Of a DNA stretch of 64,000 bases, positions 10,390-20,202 are shown one piece after another. Below the pieces are notes generated by a model. The model saw only the letters and a list, made by a program, of their open reading frames with translations, did no database searches and was not told the origin of the DNA. Source of the DNA: an uncultured Gammaproteobacteria bacterium (lineage in GTDB: Bacteria; Pseudomonadota; Gammaproteobacteria; DRJJ01); contig CAMYJU010000007.1 in the NCBI GenBank assembly GCA_947258795.1, positions 129,392 through 193,391 of the forward strand, in the 5' to 3' direction. The position numbers and the translations under genes are program-made. The stretch's first letter is position 1. Each line of letters begins with the position of its first letter.

Positions 10390-11427
10390 ATGGCATCGCA
10401 AAAACATACGGAAATCAGTATTGACGGCAGTACCGGCGAGGGTGGTGGCCAGATCCTGCGTACATCACTGTCCCTGTCGGTTTGTATTGGCCGGTCTTTC
10501 CGTATTTTCAATATCCGGGCAGCCAGGGCCAGACCCGGCTTACAGCCCCAGCATCTGGCGGCCGTCAAGGCCGCGATGCAGATTTCAAACGCCGTAGTCA
10601 GTGGGGACCAGAAAGGCTCACAGGAACTGGTGTTCAGGCCCGGCAGCCTGGTGGCCGGGGACTATCATTTCTCAATCGGCACCGCGGGCAGTACGACACT
10701 CGTGCTGCAAACCATCCTGCCAGCACTGATACTGGCCGATGCGCCTACAAGCCTGGTACTGGAAGGTGGCACACACAATCCCCTTGCACCCAGCTTTGAC
10801 TTCCTGCAACACAGCTTTTTGCCAATTCTGAATCGCATGGGACCCAGGGTCACCGCGACACTGGAACAACCCGGTTTTGCCCCCCGGGGTGGCGGTCGCA
10901 TGCAGGTGGATGTTCAACCCGTGTCCAGCCTGAATGCGCTAGACATTCCGGAGCGTGGATCTGTTCAGAATCAATATGCCGAGGTGCTGCTGGCGCATTT
11001 ACCCAGGCATATCGCCGAACGCGAATTGGCCACGTTAAAACACAGCCTGGGTTATACGGATGCGCAACTCAGGTTTCAGGACGTGACCCAGGCTTATGGA
11101 CCGGGTAACGCTGTCTCTGTCGTGGTGAGCAGTGAAAACATTACTGAATTTTTTACTGCGTTCGGACAGCGTGGCCTGCCCGCCGAGCAGGTTGCGATCC
11201 GGGTCGTGAAAGAGGTACGTCGTTATCTGGCTGCCGGTGTACCGGTTGGCTCTCATCTCGCGGATCAATTGCTGATACCGTTCGTGCTGGCCGGCGGAGG
11301 CATGTTCAAGACCTTGAAGCCGAGTAGTCATACCTTGACGAACATCGATGTCATTCGCGCTTTTAGTCATAGATGCATCCATACTGAAGAGACAGGTCCT
11401 GATCAATGGATCGTGAGCATAGACTGA
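10390..11427 (+). CDS. rtcA: RNA 3'-terminal phosphate cyclase
   Basis: 346 aa from the internal ATG at 10390. IDGSTGEGGGQILRTSLSLS is the RtcA P-loop-like signature, and LQTILPAL is also conserved. The ORF-track start at 10279 overlaps the upstream gene and adds a non-conserved leader. Confidence 0.85.
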   Translation: MASQKHTEISIDGSTGEGGGQILRTSLSLSVCIGRSFRIFNIRAARARPGLQPQHLAAVKAAMQISNAVVSGDQKGSQELVFRPGSLVAGDYHFSIGTAGSTTLVLQTILPALILADAPTSLVLEGGTHNPLAPSFDFLQHSFLPILNRMGPRVTATLEQPGFAPRGGGRMQVDVQPVSSLNALDIPERGSVQNQYAEVLLAHLPRHIAERELATLKHSLGYTDAQLRFQDVTQAYGPGNAVSVVVSSENITEFFTAFGQRGLPAEQVAIRVVKEVRRYLAAGVPVGSHLADQLLIPFVLAGGGMFKTLKPSSHTLTNIDVIRAFSHRCIHTEETGPDQWIVSID

Positions 11428-11461
11428 AAACCATGTTAATCAGAGGTTCCTTTTGTAGATA

Positions 11462-13480
11462 TTGAAGATGACTAGCCGGAGACATGAACTGCGTGTATTA
11501 AACGCTGACGCGTCTGGGATCATCAGAACCGTGCTGGATACTGACCGGCGCCTGCTGCTGTTCGGTGCACCCGGCACGGGCAAATCGATGCTGGCAGGTA
11601 AACTGGCCGTGGCACTGGCCCGGTCTGGCAGGATTTGCTGGTGTCTCAGTGCTGATCCGGGTTCGCCTGTATTCGGTATCCCCGGTGCGATTAGTCTGGC
11701 CGGCTGGAAAACAGACCACTGGCAAGTCGAGCGTTTTGAGTCTATCTGCAGCCTGGATGGAGGGCGTTTTCGACTGCCGCTGGTCAGCGCGGTACGATAC
11801 CTGCTGCAGCCGCAGCCGGAAGGTGTTTTATTGGTAGACGGGCCGGGTGTGGTGCGGGGAGTGGCCGGGCGAGAGTTGCTGCAGGGGCTGGTCGAAGCTG
11901 CAGGTATCGAAGTGGTCCTGGCGCTGACCCGGCCAGATCGACCGCCACCGCTACTGTCCGAACTACGCGCACTGGTCAGGGAGATTGTTGTCATCCATGC
12001 GGCTGATGAAGCAAAACGACCCGGTAAACGCACGCGCGCCCGCCTGAGAACGACGCAGTGGCAGGCCTATCTCAACTCGGCAGTCGAACAGCAGATTGAT
12101 TTGTCCAGCTTGAACCTGATCGGTACACCACCTCCGCTTGATGAGTCTGCCTGCTGGACGGGTCGCATGCTTGCCCTGTTGCAAGCCAACAGGACGATTA
12201 CTATGGGTGAGGTCCTGCGCCTGGATGGAGAGCAATTAAGCATCAGCGCACCGCCCGTCAATGAAGCATTCGATACAGTGCTGATTCGCGATGCGCAACG
12301 CAATATGAATGGCCAGATTGAAACCGCGGCCCCGTTTGTCAGGGAGGGCTTTGAATTTGTCCCTCCGCCGGAGGTGTTGTCCCTGCCCGAGGATAATGGT
12401 GGGCCACGGGTGCTTGGACGGGTGGGTCCGCTGGACCTGGCATTGGTGAATGGCGTGTTCGGTGATCCCTTGCTGCATCTGCGTATACGTCACCTCGGGC
12501 GCAGCCTGTTATTTGATCTGGGTGAAGGCGGGCGTCTGCCGGCACGTATTGCGCACCAGGTCACCGATGTCTTTATCAGCCATGCCCATATGGACCATAT
12601 CAGTGGTATGCAGTGGTTGTTACGATCGAGACTGGGTGAGTTTCCGGATTGCCGGCTATATGGTCCACCGGGACTGGCCAGGCATATCGCAGGATTCGTG
12701 CACAGTTTTTTATGGGACCGGATTGGTGATCGAGGCCCGGCTTTCATCGTAGCCGAGTTGCATCAAGAGCGCTTGCAACGTTACCGCATACAGGCGGGCA
12801 AAACCGCCAGCGAGCGGCTGGATGATATTGAGCTTGTCGATGGTATCCTGCTGAACGAAAAGGGGTTCCGGGTGCGTGGCATCATGCTGGACCATATGAC
12901 ACCGGTGATGGCCTATGCGTTTGAGCCGGACAATGAAATCAATATCCGTAAGGATCGCCTGCAGGAACAGGGCTTGGAGCCGGGCCCCTGGCTGACGGAT
13001 CTGAAGCGGCAACTACATGCGAATCATGATTCTGCCCTGATCCAGTTACCCAATGGACAGGAAAAACCGGTCAAGGCGCTGGCTGCGGAGCTGGCCTTGA
13101 TCCGGCCAGGCAAACGTCTGGTCTATGCGACTGATCTGGCCGATACCGCCGACAACAGGGAACGTTTGATACGTTTTGCGCATAACGCCCATACCCTGTT
13201 TTGTGAATCCCCGTTTATTAACAGGGATATATTGCATGCAAAACGCAATGGTCATCTGACCACCAGTGCCTGCGGCGAAATTGCATCGGCTGCCGGAGTT
13301 GGACGCCTGGTGACCTTTCATTTCTCACGGCGTTATCAGTATGAACCCCAATTGGTATACGAAGAATTGTATGAGTCGTGCTCCCGTGTGGTGATGCCAA
13401 AGTCCATGTCGGTATTCGACACAGCAGACTCAGGCACATCGATCAGTCTTGAATCAGACAATGATCGGCACAAGACATGA
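11462..13480 (+). CDS. Fusion protein: Clp1/Grc3-type polynucleotide 5'-kinase P-loop domain plus metallo-beta-lactamase (RNase Z-like) nuclease domain
   Basis: 672 aa. N-terminal LLLFGAPGTGKSMLAGKLA...LSADPGSPVFGIPGAISL...GVLLVDGPGVVRG...GIEVVLAL is collinear with the Clp1 motifs GPxxSGKST, DLDxGQ and ViNTxGWv...vvVLd. C-terminal VFISHAHMDHISG is the HxHxDH MBL motif, with downstream His/Asp residues. Confidence 0.7.
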   Translation: MKMTSRRHELRVLNADASGIIRTVLDTDRRLLLFGAPGTGKSMLAGKLAVALARSGRICWCLSADPGSPVFGIPGAISLAGWKTDHWQVERFESICSLDGGRFRLPLVSAVRYLLQPQPEGVLLVDGPGVVRGVAGRELLQGLVEAAGIEVVLALTRPDRPPPLLSELRALVREIVVIHAADEAKRPGKRTRARLRTTQWQAYLNSAVEQQIDLSSLNLIGTPPPLDESACWTGRMLALLQANRTITMGEVLRLDGEQLSISAPPVNEAFDTVLIRDAQRNMNGQIETAAPFVREGFEFVPPPEVLSLPEDNGGPRVLGRVGPLDLALVNGVFGDPLLHLRIRHLGRSLLFDLGEGGRLPARIAHQVTDVFISHAHMDHISGMQWLLRSRLGEFPDCRLYGPPGLARHIAGFVHSFLWDRIGDRGPAFIVAELHQERLQRYRIQAGKTASERLDDIELVDGILLNEKGFRVRGIMLDHMTPVMAYAFEPDNEINIRKDRLQEQGLEPGPWLTDLKRQLHANHDSALIQLPNGQEKPVKALAAELALIRPGKRLVYATDLADTADNRERLIRFAHNAHTLFCESPFINRDILHAKRNGHLTTSACGEIASAAGVGRLVTFHFSRRYQYEPQLVYEELYESCSRVVMPKSMSVFDTADSGTSISLESDNDRHKT

Positions 13481-13562
13481 AGCCTGAGGTAGTGCCAAGC
13501 TGCCGAAACCGGCATGCCAAAACCGCTCTGTGCTAAGGAAGCGGCTGGGTTTAAGCACGGTT

Positions 13563-13582
13563 TTTCTGTAATATTCGTCATA
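13563..13582 (+). promoter_or_regulatory. Putative Pho-box-like PhoB site (CTGTAAT ATTC GTCATAT). A second copy of CTGTAATATT lies at 13858-13867.
   Basis: Matches the direct-repeat Pho box consensus CTGTCAT-N4-CTGTCAT imperfectly. It lies in the 560-nt intergenic region upstream of pstS. Confidence 0.3.
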
Positions 13583-14041
13583 TTAATCTGGAAATCGGTT
13601 GATCCCGGTTTGATTCAGCCACAAATAGATTCAGTTAAGTCAGGTCACATTAACTATTTGAATTAAAAGAGAAATAGTTGTTGTAAAGCGTGATGGGGCT
13701 GTGCAGGGCTATTCATTTGTTTGCCTGTAGACTTGCCTGACCCAGGCACCATGATCATCGGACTGGTCACGGATATATATCTCTAAGTAATTAAAAAAAC
13801 AGGATATTTTCAAAAATATTACGATATGGGGGTGCTGGTCAGTTGTTTGTCGTAAATCTGTAATATTTCTCGTTCACTATGGTTGCCTGAGTAGTGGGGC
13901 GTTATCCCGGGTACGCGGGAATGTACCGAATAAACAACCAGGGACTGATGGCACTGCGTCATCAAGGGAAAACGTTAAGCGAACACAAGCTTAAACTTGT
14001 TACAGACAACAATTTACTTATCAGAAAAATTGGAGGCAACT

Positions 14042-15196
14042 ATGTCAACGCGCCAGTTTCTTGCATCTGCAGGATTAGCGGGAGTACTCTCAGCAGCTGT
14101 GTTTTCAGGGGCTTATGCAGCATCAGCTCGTGATCACATCACTATCGTCGGTTCTTCGACCGTATATCCATTTGCCACTGTTGTAGTAGAGCAGTTCGGT
14201 AAAACAACCAGTTTTAAAACCCCGAAGGTTGAATCAACCGGCTCCGGTGGTGGTCTGAAACTGTTCTGCTCCGGTGTTGGCGTTCAGCATCCGGATGTCA
14301 CCAATGCATCCCGTCGCATCAAGTCTTCAGAAGTGAATAAATGCAAAAAGAACGGTGTCAAGGATATCATCGAGGTCAAAATCGGTTACGACGGTATCGC
14401 AATTGCCAACTCCAAGAAGGCCGGTCAGTTCAAGCTGAGCCGTAAGGACATCTTCCTGGCGCTGGCTCACAAGATCCCGGGCCCTGACGGCAAGCTGGTC
14501 AGTAATCCAAACAAGACCTGGAAAGACGTCAATGCCAGCCTGCCTAACACCAAGATCGAAGTACTGGGTCCGCCTCCAACATCCGGTACCCGCGATGCAT
14601 TCAACGAACTGGCTATGGGTGGCGGTGCCAAGAAGATCGATGATCTGAAAAAACTGCGTAAAATGAAGCGTGGCGCACCGGAAATCAAGGATATGATGAA
14701 AAAGCTGGGTATCCCGATGAGTGTCTGGACGGCCTATGAAAAGAAAAAGGGCAAGGCGCCAAAGGGTAAAGACATCTTCAAGCAGGTTGCCTATGCGATC
14801 CGTGAAGACGGGGCATTCATCGAGGCGGGTGAAAATGACAACCTGATCGTTCAGAAACTCGAAGCCAATTCCAATGCACTGGGTGTATTCGGCTTCAGCT
14901 TCCTGGATCAGAACCTCGACAAGGTACAGGGTTCTCTCGTGGATGGTGTAGCGCCTTCATTTGAGACCATCGCTGATAACAGCTACCCGATCTCCCGTCC
15001 CCTGTACTTCTACGTCAAGAAGGCCCACGTTGGCGTGATTCCGGGTATCCGTGAATTCCTGTCAGAATTCACCAGCGACAAGGCCTGGGGTGACGAAGGA
15101 TATCTGTCAGAACGTGGTCTGATTCCGATGCCTACTGCTGAGCGTGCCAAGTTTGCAGCGGATGCGAAGAATCTGACACCTTTAAACATGAAGTAG
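14042..15196 (+). CDS. pstS: Phosphate ABC transporter substrate-binding protein
   Basis: Start MSTRQFLASAGLAGVLSAAVFSGAYAASA (signal peptide) after a GGAGG RBS. TIVGSSTVYPFA...ESTGSGGG is the PstS phosphate-binding motif. Confidence 0.9.
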   Translation: MSTRQFLASAGLAGVLSAAVFSGAYAASARDHITIVGSSTVYPFATVVVEQFGKTTSFKTPKVESTGSGGGLKLFCSGVGVQHPDVTNASRRIKSSEVNKCKKNGVKDIIEVKIGYDGIAIANSKKAGQFKLSRKDIFLALAHKIPGPDGKLVSNPNKTWKDVNASLPNTKIEVLGPPPTSGTRDAFNELAMGGGAKKIDDLKKLRKMKRGAPEIKDMMKKLGIPMSVWTAYEKKKGKAPKGKDIFKQVAYAIREDGAFIEAGENDNLIVQKLEANSNALGVFGFSFLDQNLDKVQGSLVDGVAPSFETIADNSYPISRPLYFYVKKAHVGVIPGIREFLSEFTSDKAWGDEGYLSERGLIPMPTAERAKFAADAKNLTPLNMK

Positions 15197-15210
15197 TATC
15201 GAGTAAAGTT

Positions 15211-15250
15211 ACAGCGGCCGGGGTTCCGGCCGCTGTACTTTAATTTTTCA
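15211..15250 (+). terminator. Rho-independent terminator or attenuator between pstS and pstC
   Basis: ACAGCGGCCGG-GGTT-CCGGCCGCTGT perfect 11-bp stem followed by ACTTTAATTTTTC. Confidence 0.7.
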
Positions 15251-15265
15251 AAATTCGGTGTAGGT

Positions 15266-16648
15266 ATGCAACTTTCATTTCTACTGGTTGTGCTGCTGGT
15301 CTTGTCTTCCCTGGCTTTTTATCTGGGCAAGAAGCGGGCCTTTCAGGTCTCCCAGGGCCAAATCAGGAATCTACACTCACTACCAGCCTACTATGGGCTA
15401 TATACAGCTATCTGGTGCGGCATACCCGCGCTGATCATATTTTCGGTCTGGATCGCATTTGAACCAGCCATTATTACCAACCTGGTGGTTGCCGGCCTGC
15501 CTGATGAGGTCCGCAGTATCGGACCAGATCGCCTGAACCTGATCATTAATGACATCAAAAACCTGGTCGAGGGCAATATCACCAGCAGGGATGTGGATGA
15601 GAACTTGCAGGCTGCGGCTGATCACTATCAAAGCCTGGTCACCACCAGTCATGCCGCACTGGCAGTTGTTGTTTTATGTCTGACTATTGTAACCGGCGCG
15701 ATTACGCTTAGTCGGATCAAGGTTAAACAGCGTGCACGTAACACCGTTGAGAAGGTAATGACCGGGATTCTGATCTTCTGTTCCAGTATTGCGATACTGA
15801 CTACCCTCGGGATCGTGCTTTCTGTACTATTTGAATCGATAAGATTTTTCCGGGAAATCCCGCTTACCGATTTCCTGTTTGGCCTGGAGTGGAGCCCGCA
15901 GACAGCGATTCGTGAAGACCAGGTCGGCTCTTCCGGTGCCTTTGGTGCAGTACCGCTGTTTGCCGGTACCATGCTGATCTCCCTGATTGCAATGCTGGTC
16001 GCGGTGCCGATCGGGCTATTGTCCGCGATTTATTTGTCTGAATATGCCAATCCCCGGTTCAGGGCCACTGCAAAACCCTTACTGGAGATCCTGGCTGGTA
16101 TTCCGACTGTCGTCTACGGTTTTTTTGCTGTCCTGATCGTAGCTCCGGCGATACGCGATGCCGGCGGTTATATCGGACTGGATGTGGCATCAGAGAGTGC
16201 ACTCGCGGCAGGGCTGGTCATGGGAATCATGATCATCCCGTTTGTCTCGTCCCTGTCTGATGATGTGATTAATGCGGTACCCCAGGCGATGCGGGACGGT
16301 GCCTATGGTCTGGGTGCAACCCAGTCTGAAACAATCCGCAAGGTGATCTTTCCGGCTGCTCTCCCGGGTATCGTAGGCGGTGTTCTGCTGGCCGTTTCAC
16401 GAGCCATCGGTGAAACCATGATTGTGGTCATGGCCGCAGGTCTGTCTGCAAACCTGACCGCCAATCCGCTCGAGGCGGTGACCACGGTGACCGTGCAGAT
16501 TGTGACCCTGTTAACCGGTGACCAGGAATTCGATAGTGCCAAGACGTTAGCGGCATTTGCACTGGGGCTGATGCTGTTTGTTGTGACCCTGACACTAAAC
16601 GTAATTGCGCTGCATGTTGTACGCAAGTATAGGGAACAATATGAGTAA
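15266..16648 (+). CDS. pstC: Phosphate ABC transporter permease
   Basis: 460 aa polytopic protein. GTMLISLIAMLVAVPIGLLSAIYLSEYA is the EAA-type permease region. Position between pstS and pstA. Confidence 0.85.
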   Translation: MQLSFLLVVLLVLSSLAFYLGKKRAFQVSQGQIRNLHSLPAYYGLYTAIWCGIPALIIFSVWIAFEPAIITNLVVAGLPDEVRSIGPDRLNLIINDIKNLVEGNITSRDVDENLQAAADHYQSLVTTSHAALAVVVLCLTIVTGAITLSRIKVKQRARNTVEKVMTGILIFCSSIAILTTLGIVLSVLFESIRFFREIPLTDFLFGLEWSPQTAIREDQVGSSGAFGAVPLFAGTMLISLIAMLVAVPIGLLSAIYLSEYANPRFRATAKPLLEILAGIPTVVYGFFAVLIVAPAIRDAGGYIGLDVASESALAAGLVMGIMIIPFVSSLSDDVINAVPQAMRDGAYGLGATQSETIRKVIFPAALPGIVGGVLLAVSRAIGETMIVVMAAGLSANLTANPLEAVTTVTVQIVTLLTGDQEFDSAKTLAAFALGLMLFVVTLTLNVIALHVVRKYREQYE

Positions 16649-17927
16649 AAAGTCCAGAACGATCGATATTGTTCGCGCCGGAATGAAAAAGCGCAAGGCC
16701 GCTGAGACCCGTTTCAGGCTTTACGGTCTTGCAGCAATCGCGCTTGGTCTAATCTTTCTGTCATTACTGTTTGTCAGTATTGTCGCCAATGGATATACAG
16801 CCTTTGCACAGTCTTATGTGGAAATCGAGGTTTATATTGATCCGGACAGGATAGACCCGGAAGGTAAACGGGAGGATTCCGTGCTATCCAGGGCCGATTA
16901 TGGCGGTTTGGTCAAGGCCACACTGCGCGAAATGTTTCCGGAGGTCAGGTCGCGCAGGGATAAAAGACAGCTTTACCGGCTGGTCAGTACCGGGGCCAGT
17001 TACGAGATCAGGGAAATGGTATTGGAAGATCCTGAACTAATCGGTCAGAAGATCTCAGTCTGGGTGCCGGTCGATGATGAGATCGATATGTTACTGAAAG
17101 GGCATATTGACCGGAATTCACCGGAGGCAGATCGCCGGGTCAAGGACAAGCAGATTGCCTGGGTCGATAAACTGATCAGTGAAGAAAAGATCGAGAAGCG
17201 CTTTAATACCATCTTTTTTACCGCAGGAGATTCCCGTGACCCGGAATTGGCAGGTATCTGGGGTGCCGCGGCCGGATCGTTCTTTACACTCATTGTGACC
17301 CTGATTCTGTCATTCCCGATTGGTGTCGCGGCCGCTGTGTACCTGGAAGAGTTTGCACCACAGAACCGGTTTACCGACTTTATTGAAGTCAATATCAACA
17401 ACCTGGCTGCTGTTCCCTCTATTGTTTTTGGTTTGCTGGGTCTGGCGGTATTTATCAACTTCTTTGGAATGCCGCGCTCGGCACCGATCGTGGGCGGCCT
17501 GGTGCTGACCTTAATGACCCTGCCCACCATTATTATCGCCAGCCGGGCGGCGCTGAAATCGGTTCCCCCGTCAATAAGAGAGGCGGCTTTGGGTATTGGC
17601 GCATCACCGATGCAGACCATGGTTTACCATGTTTTACCACTGGCGATGCCCGGCATGCTGACCGGTACCATCATTGGTATGGCACAGGCGCTGGGGGAAA
17701 GTGCGCCATTGCTGATGATCGGTATGGTGGCGTTTATCGTCGATATACCCCAGGGTGCCTTTGATCCGTCTACGGTATTGCCGGTGCAGATCTATCTGTG
17801 GGCGGATAGTCCCGAGCGCGCCTTTGTGGAGCGAACATCGGCAGCAATTATGGTATTGTTAGCCTTTCTGATCACCATGAATGCCCTGGCAGTCATGTTG
17901 CGCAAACGCTTTGAGCGGCGCTGGTGA
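16641..17927 (+). CDS. pstA: Phosphate ABC transporter permease
   Basis: Start MSKKSRT at 16641 overlaps the pstC end. C-terminal permease domain with [23 protein letters not shown]. Confidence 0.85.
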   Translation: MSKKSRTIDIVRAGMKKRKAAETRFRLYGLAAIALGLIFLSLLFVSIVANGYTAFAQSYVEIEVYIDPDRIDPEGKREDSVLSRADYGGLVKATLREMFPEVRSRRDKRQLYRLVSTGASYEIREMVLEDPELIGQKISVWVPVDDEIDMLLKGHIDRNSPEADRRVKDKQIAWVDKLISEEKIEKRFNTIFFTAGDSRDPELAGIWGAAAGSFFTLIVTLILSFPIGVAAAVYLEEFAPQNRFTDFIEVNINNLAAVPSIVFGLLGLAVFINFFGMPRSAPIVGGLVLTLMTLPTIIIASRAALKSVPPSIREAALGIGASPMQTMVYHVLPLAMPGMLTGTIIGMAQALGESAPLLMIGMVAFIVDIPQGAFDPSTVLPVQIYLWADSPERAFVERTSAAIMVLLAFLITMNALAVMLRKRFERRW

Positions 17928-17958
17928 GAACGGTTTTTATCCTGGCACTGACAGAAAA

Positions 17959-18858
17959 ATGAGTATTCCAATGGACACAATTGAGAAGTCTAAAGTTGAT
18001 GAAATCGAAGACACTGGGGTGAAAGAGCCGGTCTTCATGCCTGAAGATTCAGCCACGATAGACCGTGAAAACCGCGCGACGGTTGGCGAAGTGTTTGTCG
18101 ACAACCCACGCATGAGTTGTCGTGACGTCAACGTGCACTATGGTGAGAATCACGCCATTCACGATGTCAATCTGGATATCGGCTGTAATGAAGTGATCGC
18201 GATGATCGGCCCGTCCGGCTGCGGTAAATCCACTTTCCTGCGCTGCCTGAATCGTATGAATGATACCATCGAAGGCTGCAAGGTAAGCGGCAGCATTATC
18301 ATGGATGGGGAGGAGATCAATAGCAAGAAGATCGATGTCGTACCGCTTCGTGCCCAGGTGAGCATGGTTTTCCAGAAGCCGAACCCGTTTCCGAAATCCA
18401 TCTATGAAAATGTCGCCTTTGGTCCACGCATACACGGGCTCGCAAACAACAAGGTGGAACTGGACGAGATCGTTGTCACCAGCCTGGAAAAGGCAGGTTT
18501 ATGGAATGAGGTCAAGGATCGTCTGGACAAGCCGGGCACCGGACTGTCGGGTGGACAGCAACAGCGTCTCTGCATCGCCCGCACGATTGCGGTAGGCCCT
18601 GAAGTGATCCTGATGGATGAGCCCTGTTCAGCACTGGACCCGATTGCAACGGCCAGAATCGAGGACCTGATTGATGAGCTGCGCACGCAATTTACCATCT
18701 GCATCGTGACGCATTCCATGCAACAAGCGGCGCGTGTCTCCCAGCGTACTGCATACTTCCACCTCGGTGATCTGATCGAGGTGGGTGATACTACCAAGAT
18801 ATTCACCAATCCGAAACACCAGCTCACGGAAGACTATATTACCGGTCGTTTTGGTTAG
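17959..18858 (+). CDS. pstB: Phosphate import ATP-binding protein
   Basis: Walker [10 protein letters not shown], signature [13 protein letters not shown], Walker B ILMDEP. Start MSIPMD at 17959. Carries an N-terminal extension of about 40 aa. Confidence 0.9.
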   Translation: MSIPMDTIEKSKVDEIEDTGVKEPVFMPEDSATIDRENRATVGEVFVDNPRMSCRDVNVHYGENHAIHDVNLDIGCNEVIAMIGPSGCGKSTFLRCLNRMNDTIEGCKVSGSIIMDGEEINSKKIDVVPLRAQVSMVFQKPNPFPKSIYENVAFGPRIHGLANNKVELDEIVVTSLEKAGLWNEVKDRLDKPGTGLSGGQQQRLCIARTIAVGPEVILMDEPCSALDPIATARIEDLIDELRTQFTICIVTHSMQQAARVSQRTAYFHLGDLIEVGDTTKIFTNPKHQLTEDYITGRFG

Positions 18859-18955
18859 GTTTTCAACAAAGACCAGGGGAATACACCTGATTACTCATCG
18901 GTAGTTTCTATACAGAGACCGCTCATACATATCCCGTACCTGACAGGATTCCAAT

Positions 18956-19711
18956 ATGCAGCAACCAACGGAAGGACATACAGTCATACGCTATGATGGA
19001 GAGTTGAACCGTCTTCATCTGATGATGCTGGAGATGGGTAGCCTGGTGCTGGACCAGGTGCACACTTCCCTGAAAGCACTGAAGACTGAAGACCTGGTTG
19101 CCACTCGTCTGGTTCTGGACAGGGAGCATAAGGTGGACGAGCTGGAAATCAGGGCAGATGATGAAATCGTGTCGCTGATTGCCCGGCGAGGGCCGGTTGC
19201 GAGGGATCTGCGCGTGATCATGGCCTTTTCCAAGTCCATTACCGACCTGGAGCGGATAGGGGATGAGGCAGCGCGTATTGCCAGAATCATCGAAGAGATG
19301 TATGAGACCGAACGTAGCCATCCGAGTGGGCAGCTCATGCGTGATGTGCACTCCATGGGTACCTTGGTGACCAATATGCTGCGCAGGGCACTCGGTATTA
19401 TCGATGGGCTTGATGCCGATGATGCAGTGGAAATGGCAAGGGAACAGGGAATCCTGGACGCCGAGTTCCGTTCCAGTATGCGCAGACTGACGACCTTTGT
19501 GCTGGAAGATGCCCGTAATGTCGGGCATGCTATTTATATCACTCTGATTATCAAGGCGCTGGAACGTATCGGCGATCATTCCAGAAATCTGGCCGAATAT
19601 GTCGTTTACCTGATGAGCGGAGAGGATATTCGCCATAGCCTGAATACGCCAGATCCAACGGATTCCCCGTATTACAACGATGGCCCTGACAGCCAGGGCA
19701 AGCAAATGTAA
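18956..19711 (+). CDS. phoU: Phosphate signalling complex protein PhoU
   Basis: 251 aa, two repeated PhoU helical domains (DxxIDxxE-type repeats), immediately after pstB. Confidence 0.85.
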   Translation: MQQPTEGHTVIRYDGELNRLHLMMLEMGSLVLDQVHTSLKALKTEDLVATRLVLDREHKVDELEIRADDEIVSLIARRGPVARDLRVIMAFSKSITDLERIGDEAARIARIIEEMYETERSHPSGQLMRDVHSMGTLVTNMLRRALGIIDGLDADDAVEMAREQGILDAEFRSSMRRLTTFVLEDARNVGHAIYITLIIKALERIGDHSRNLAEYVVYLMSGEDIRHSLNTPDPTDSPYYNDGPDSQGKQM

Positions 19712-19715
19712 CGCT

Positions 19716-19916
19716 GTGGCTGACCAAGACGGTGGGTCAGATAAGCGCACCGAACTGATTCAGTGGGATGATCTGGATCAGGAACAGCAGACCGGCTTAC
19801 TGGTCGAGTTTGGTCATTATCTGGATACACTTCCGCCTACCTGTTCAATGCAGACCAAAAACGAGCGTTTTACTGCCTGGCTGGCAGACAGAAACATCAT
19901 CTACCAGGGCAGTTAG
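19716..19916 (+). CDS. Hypothetical small protein (possible GTG start right after the phoU stop)
   Basis: 66-codon ORF VADQDGGSDKRTELIQWDDLDQEQQTGLLVEFGHYLDTLPP... with no recognisable motif. The longer ATG-initiated version overlaps the phoU end. Confidence 0.25.
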   Translation: MADQDGGSDKRTELIQWDDLDQEQQTGLLVEFGHYLDTLPPTCSMQTKNERFTAWLADRNIIYQGS

Positions 19917-19933
19917 TGCCAGCAGGACCGGTG

Positions 19934-20110
19934 TTAAGCCTTCTTTCTGCGTTGCTTGATAAACTCCTGGATAAAGCTGCGGATCTCCCTGGCCGCACTG
20001 GTATCCAGGTCTTCGCATAGTTCGATGAAGGTGTCTCGTTGTTTCCTGTTGATACGAATAACCAGTTGACTGTCTTTCTTGTTTGGTTTTTTTCGTTTTT
20101 TTTCTGACAT
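19934..20110 (-). CDS. Small ribbon-helix-helix (CopG/Arc-like) DNA-binding protein with a Lys-rich N-terminal tail
   Basis: 58 aa, MSEKKRKKPNKKDSQLVIRINRKQRDTFIELCEDLDTSAAREIRSFIQEFIKQRRKKA. A beta-strand (LVIRIN) followed by two helices. Not in the ORF track because it is under 60 aa. Confidence 0.4.
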   Translation of the reverse strand: MSEKKRKKPNKKDSQLVIRINRKQRDTFIELCEDLDTSAAREIRSFIQEFIKQRRKKA

Positions 20111-20202
20111 GGAAATATGTCCAGGATAGCTGTTTTGTTTAGTCTGGTGTGCCTTGGTATCAGTCTGTCATGCCAGAATTAAAGTATGGATTGCATAGAG
20201 TC

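Noticed and set aside
17045-17620. 191-aa minus-strand ORF inside pstA (similar antisense ORFs lie inside pstB, the porin, the NHL genes and the multihaem genes).
   Set aside because: It is embedded in well-supported genes with conserved motifs on the other strand. These are typical shadow ORFs in GC-rich DNA.
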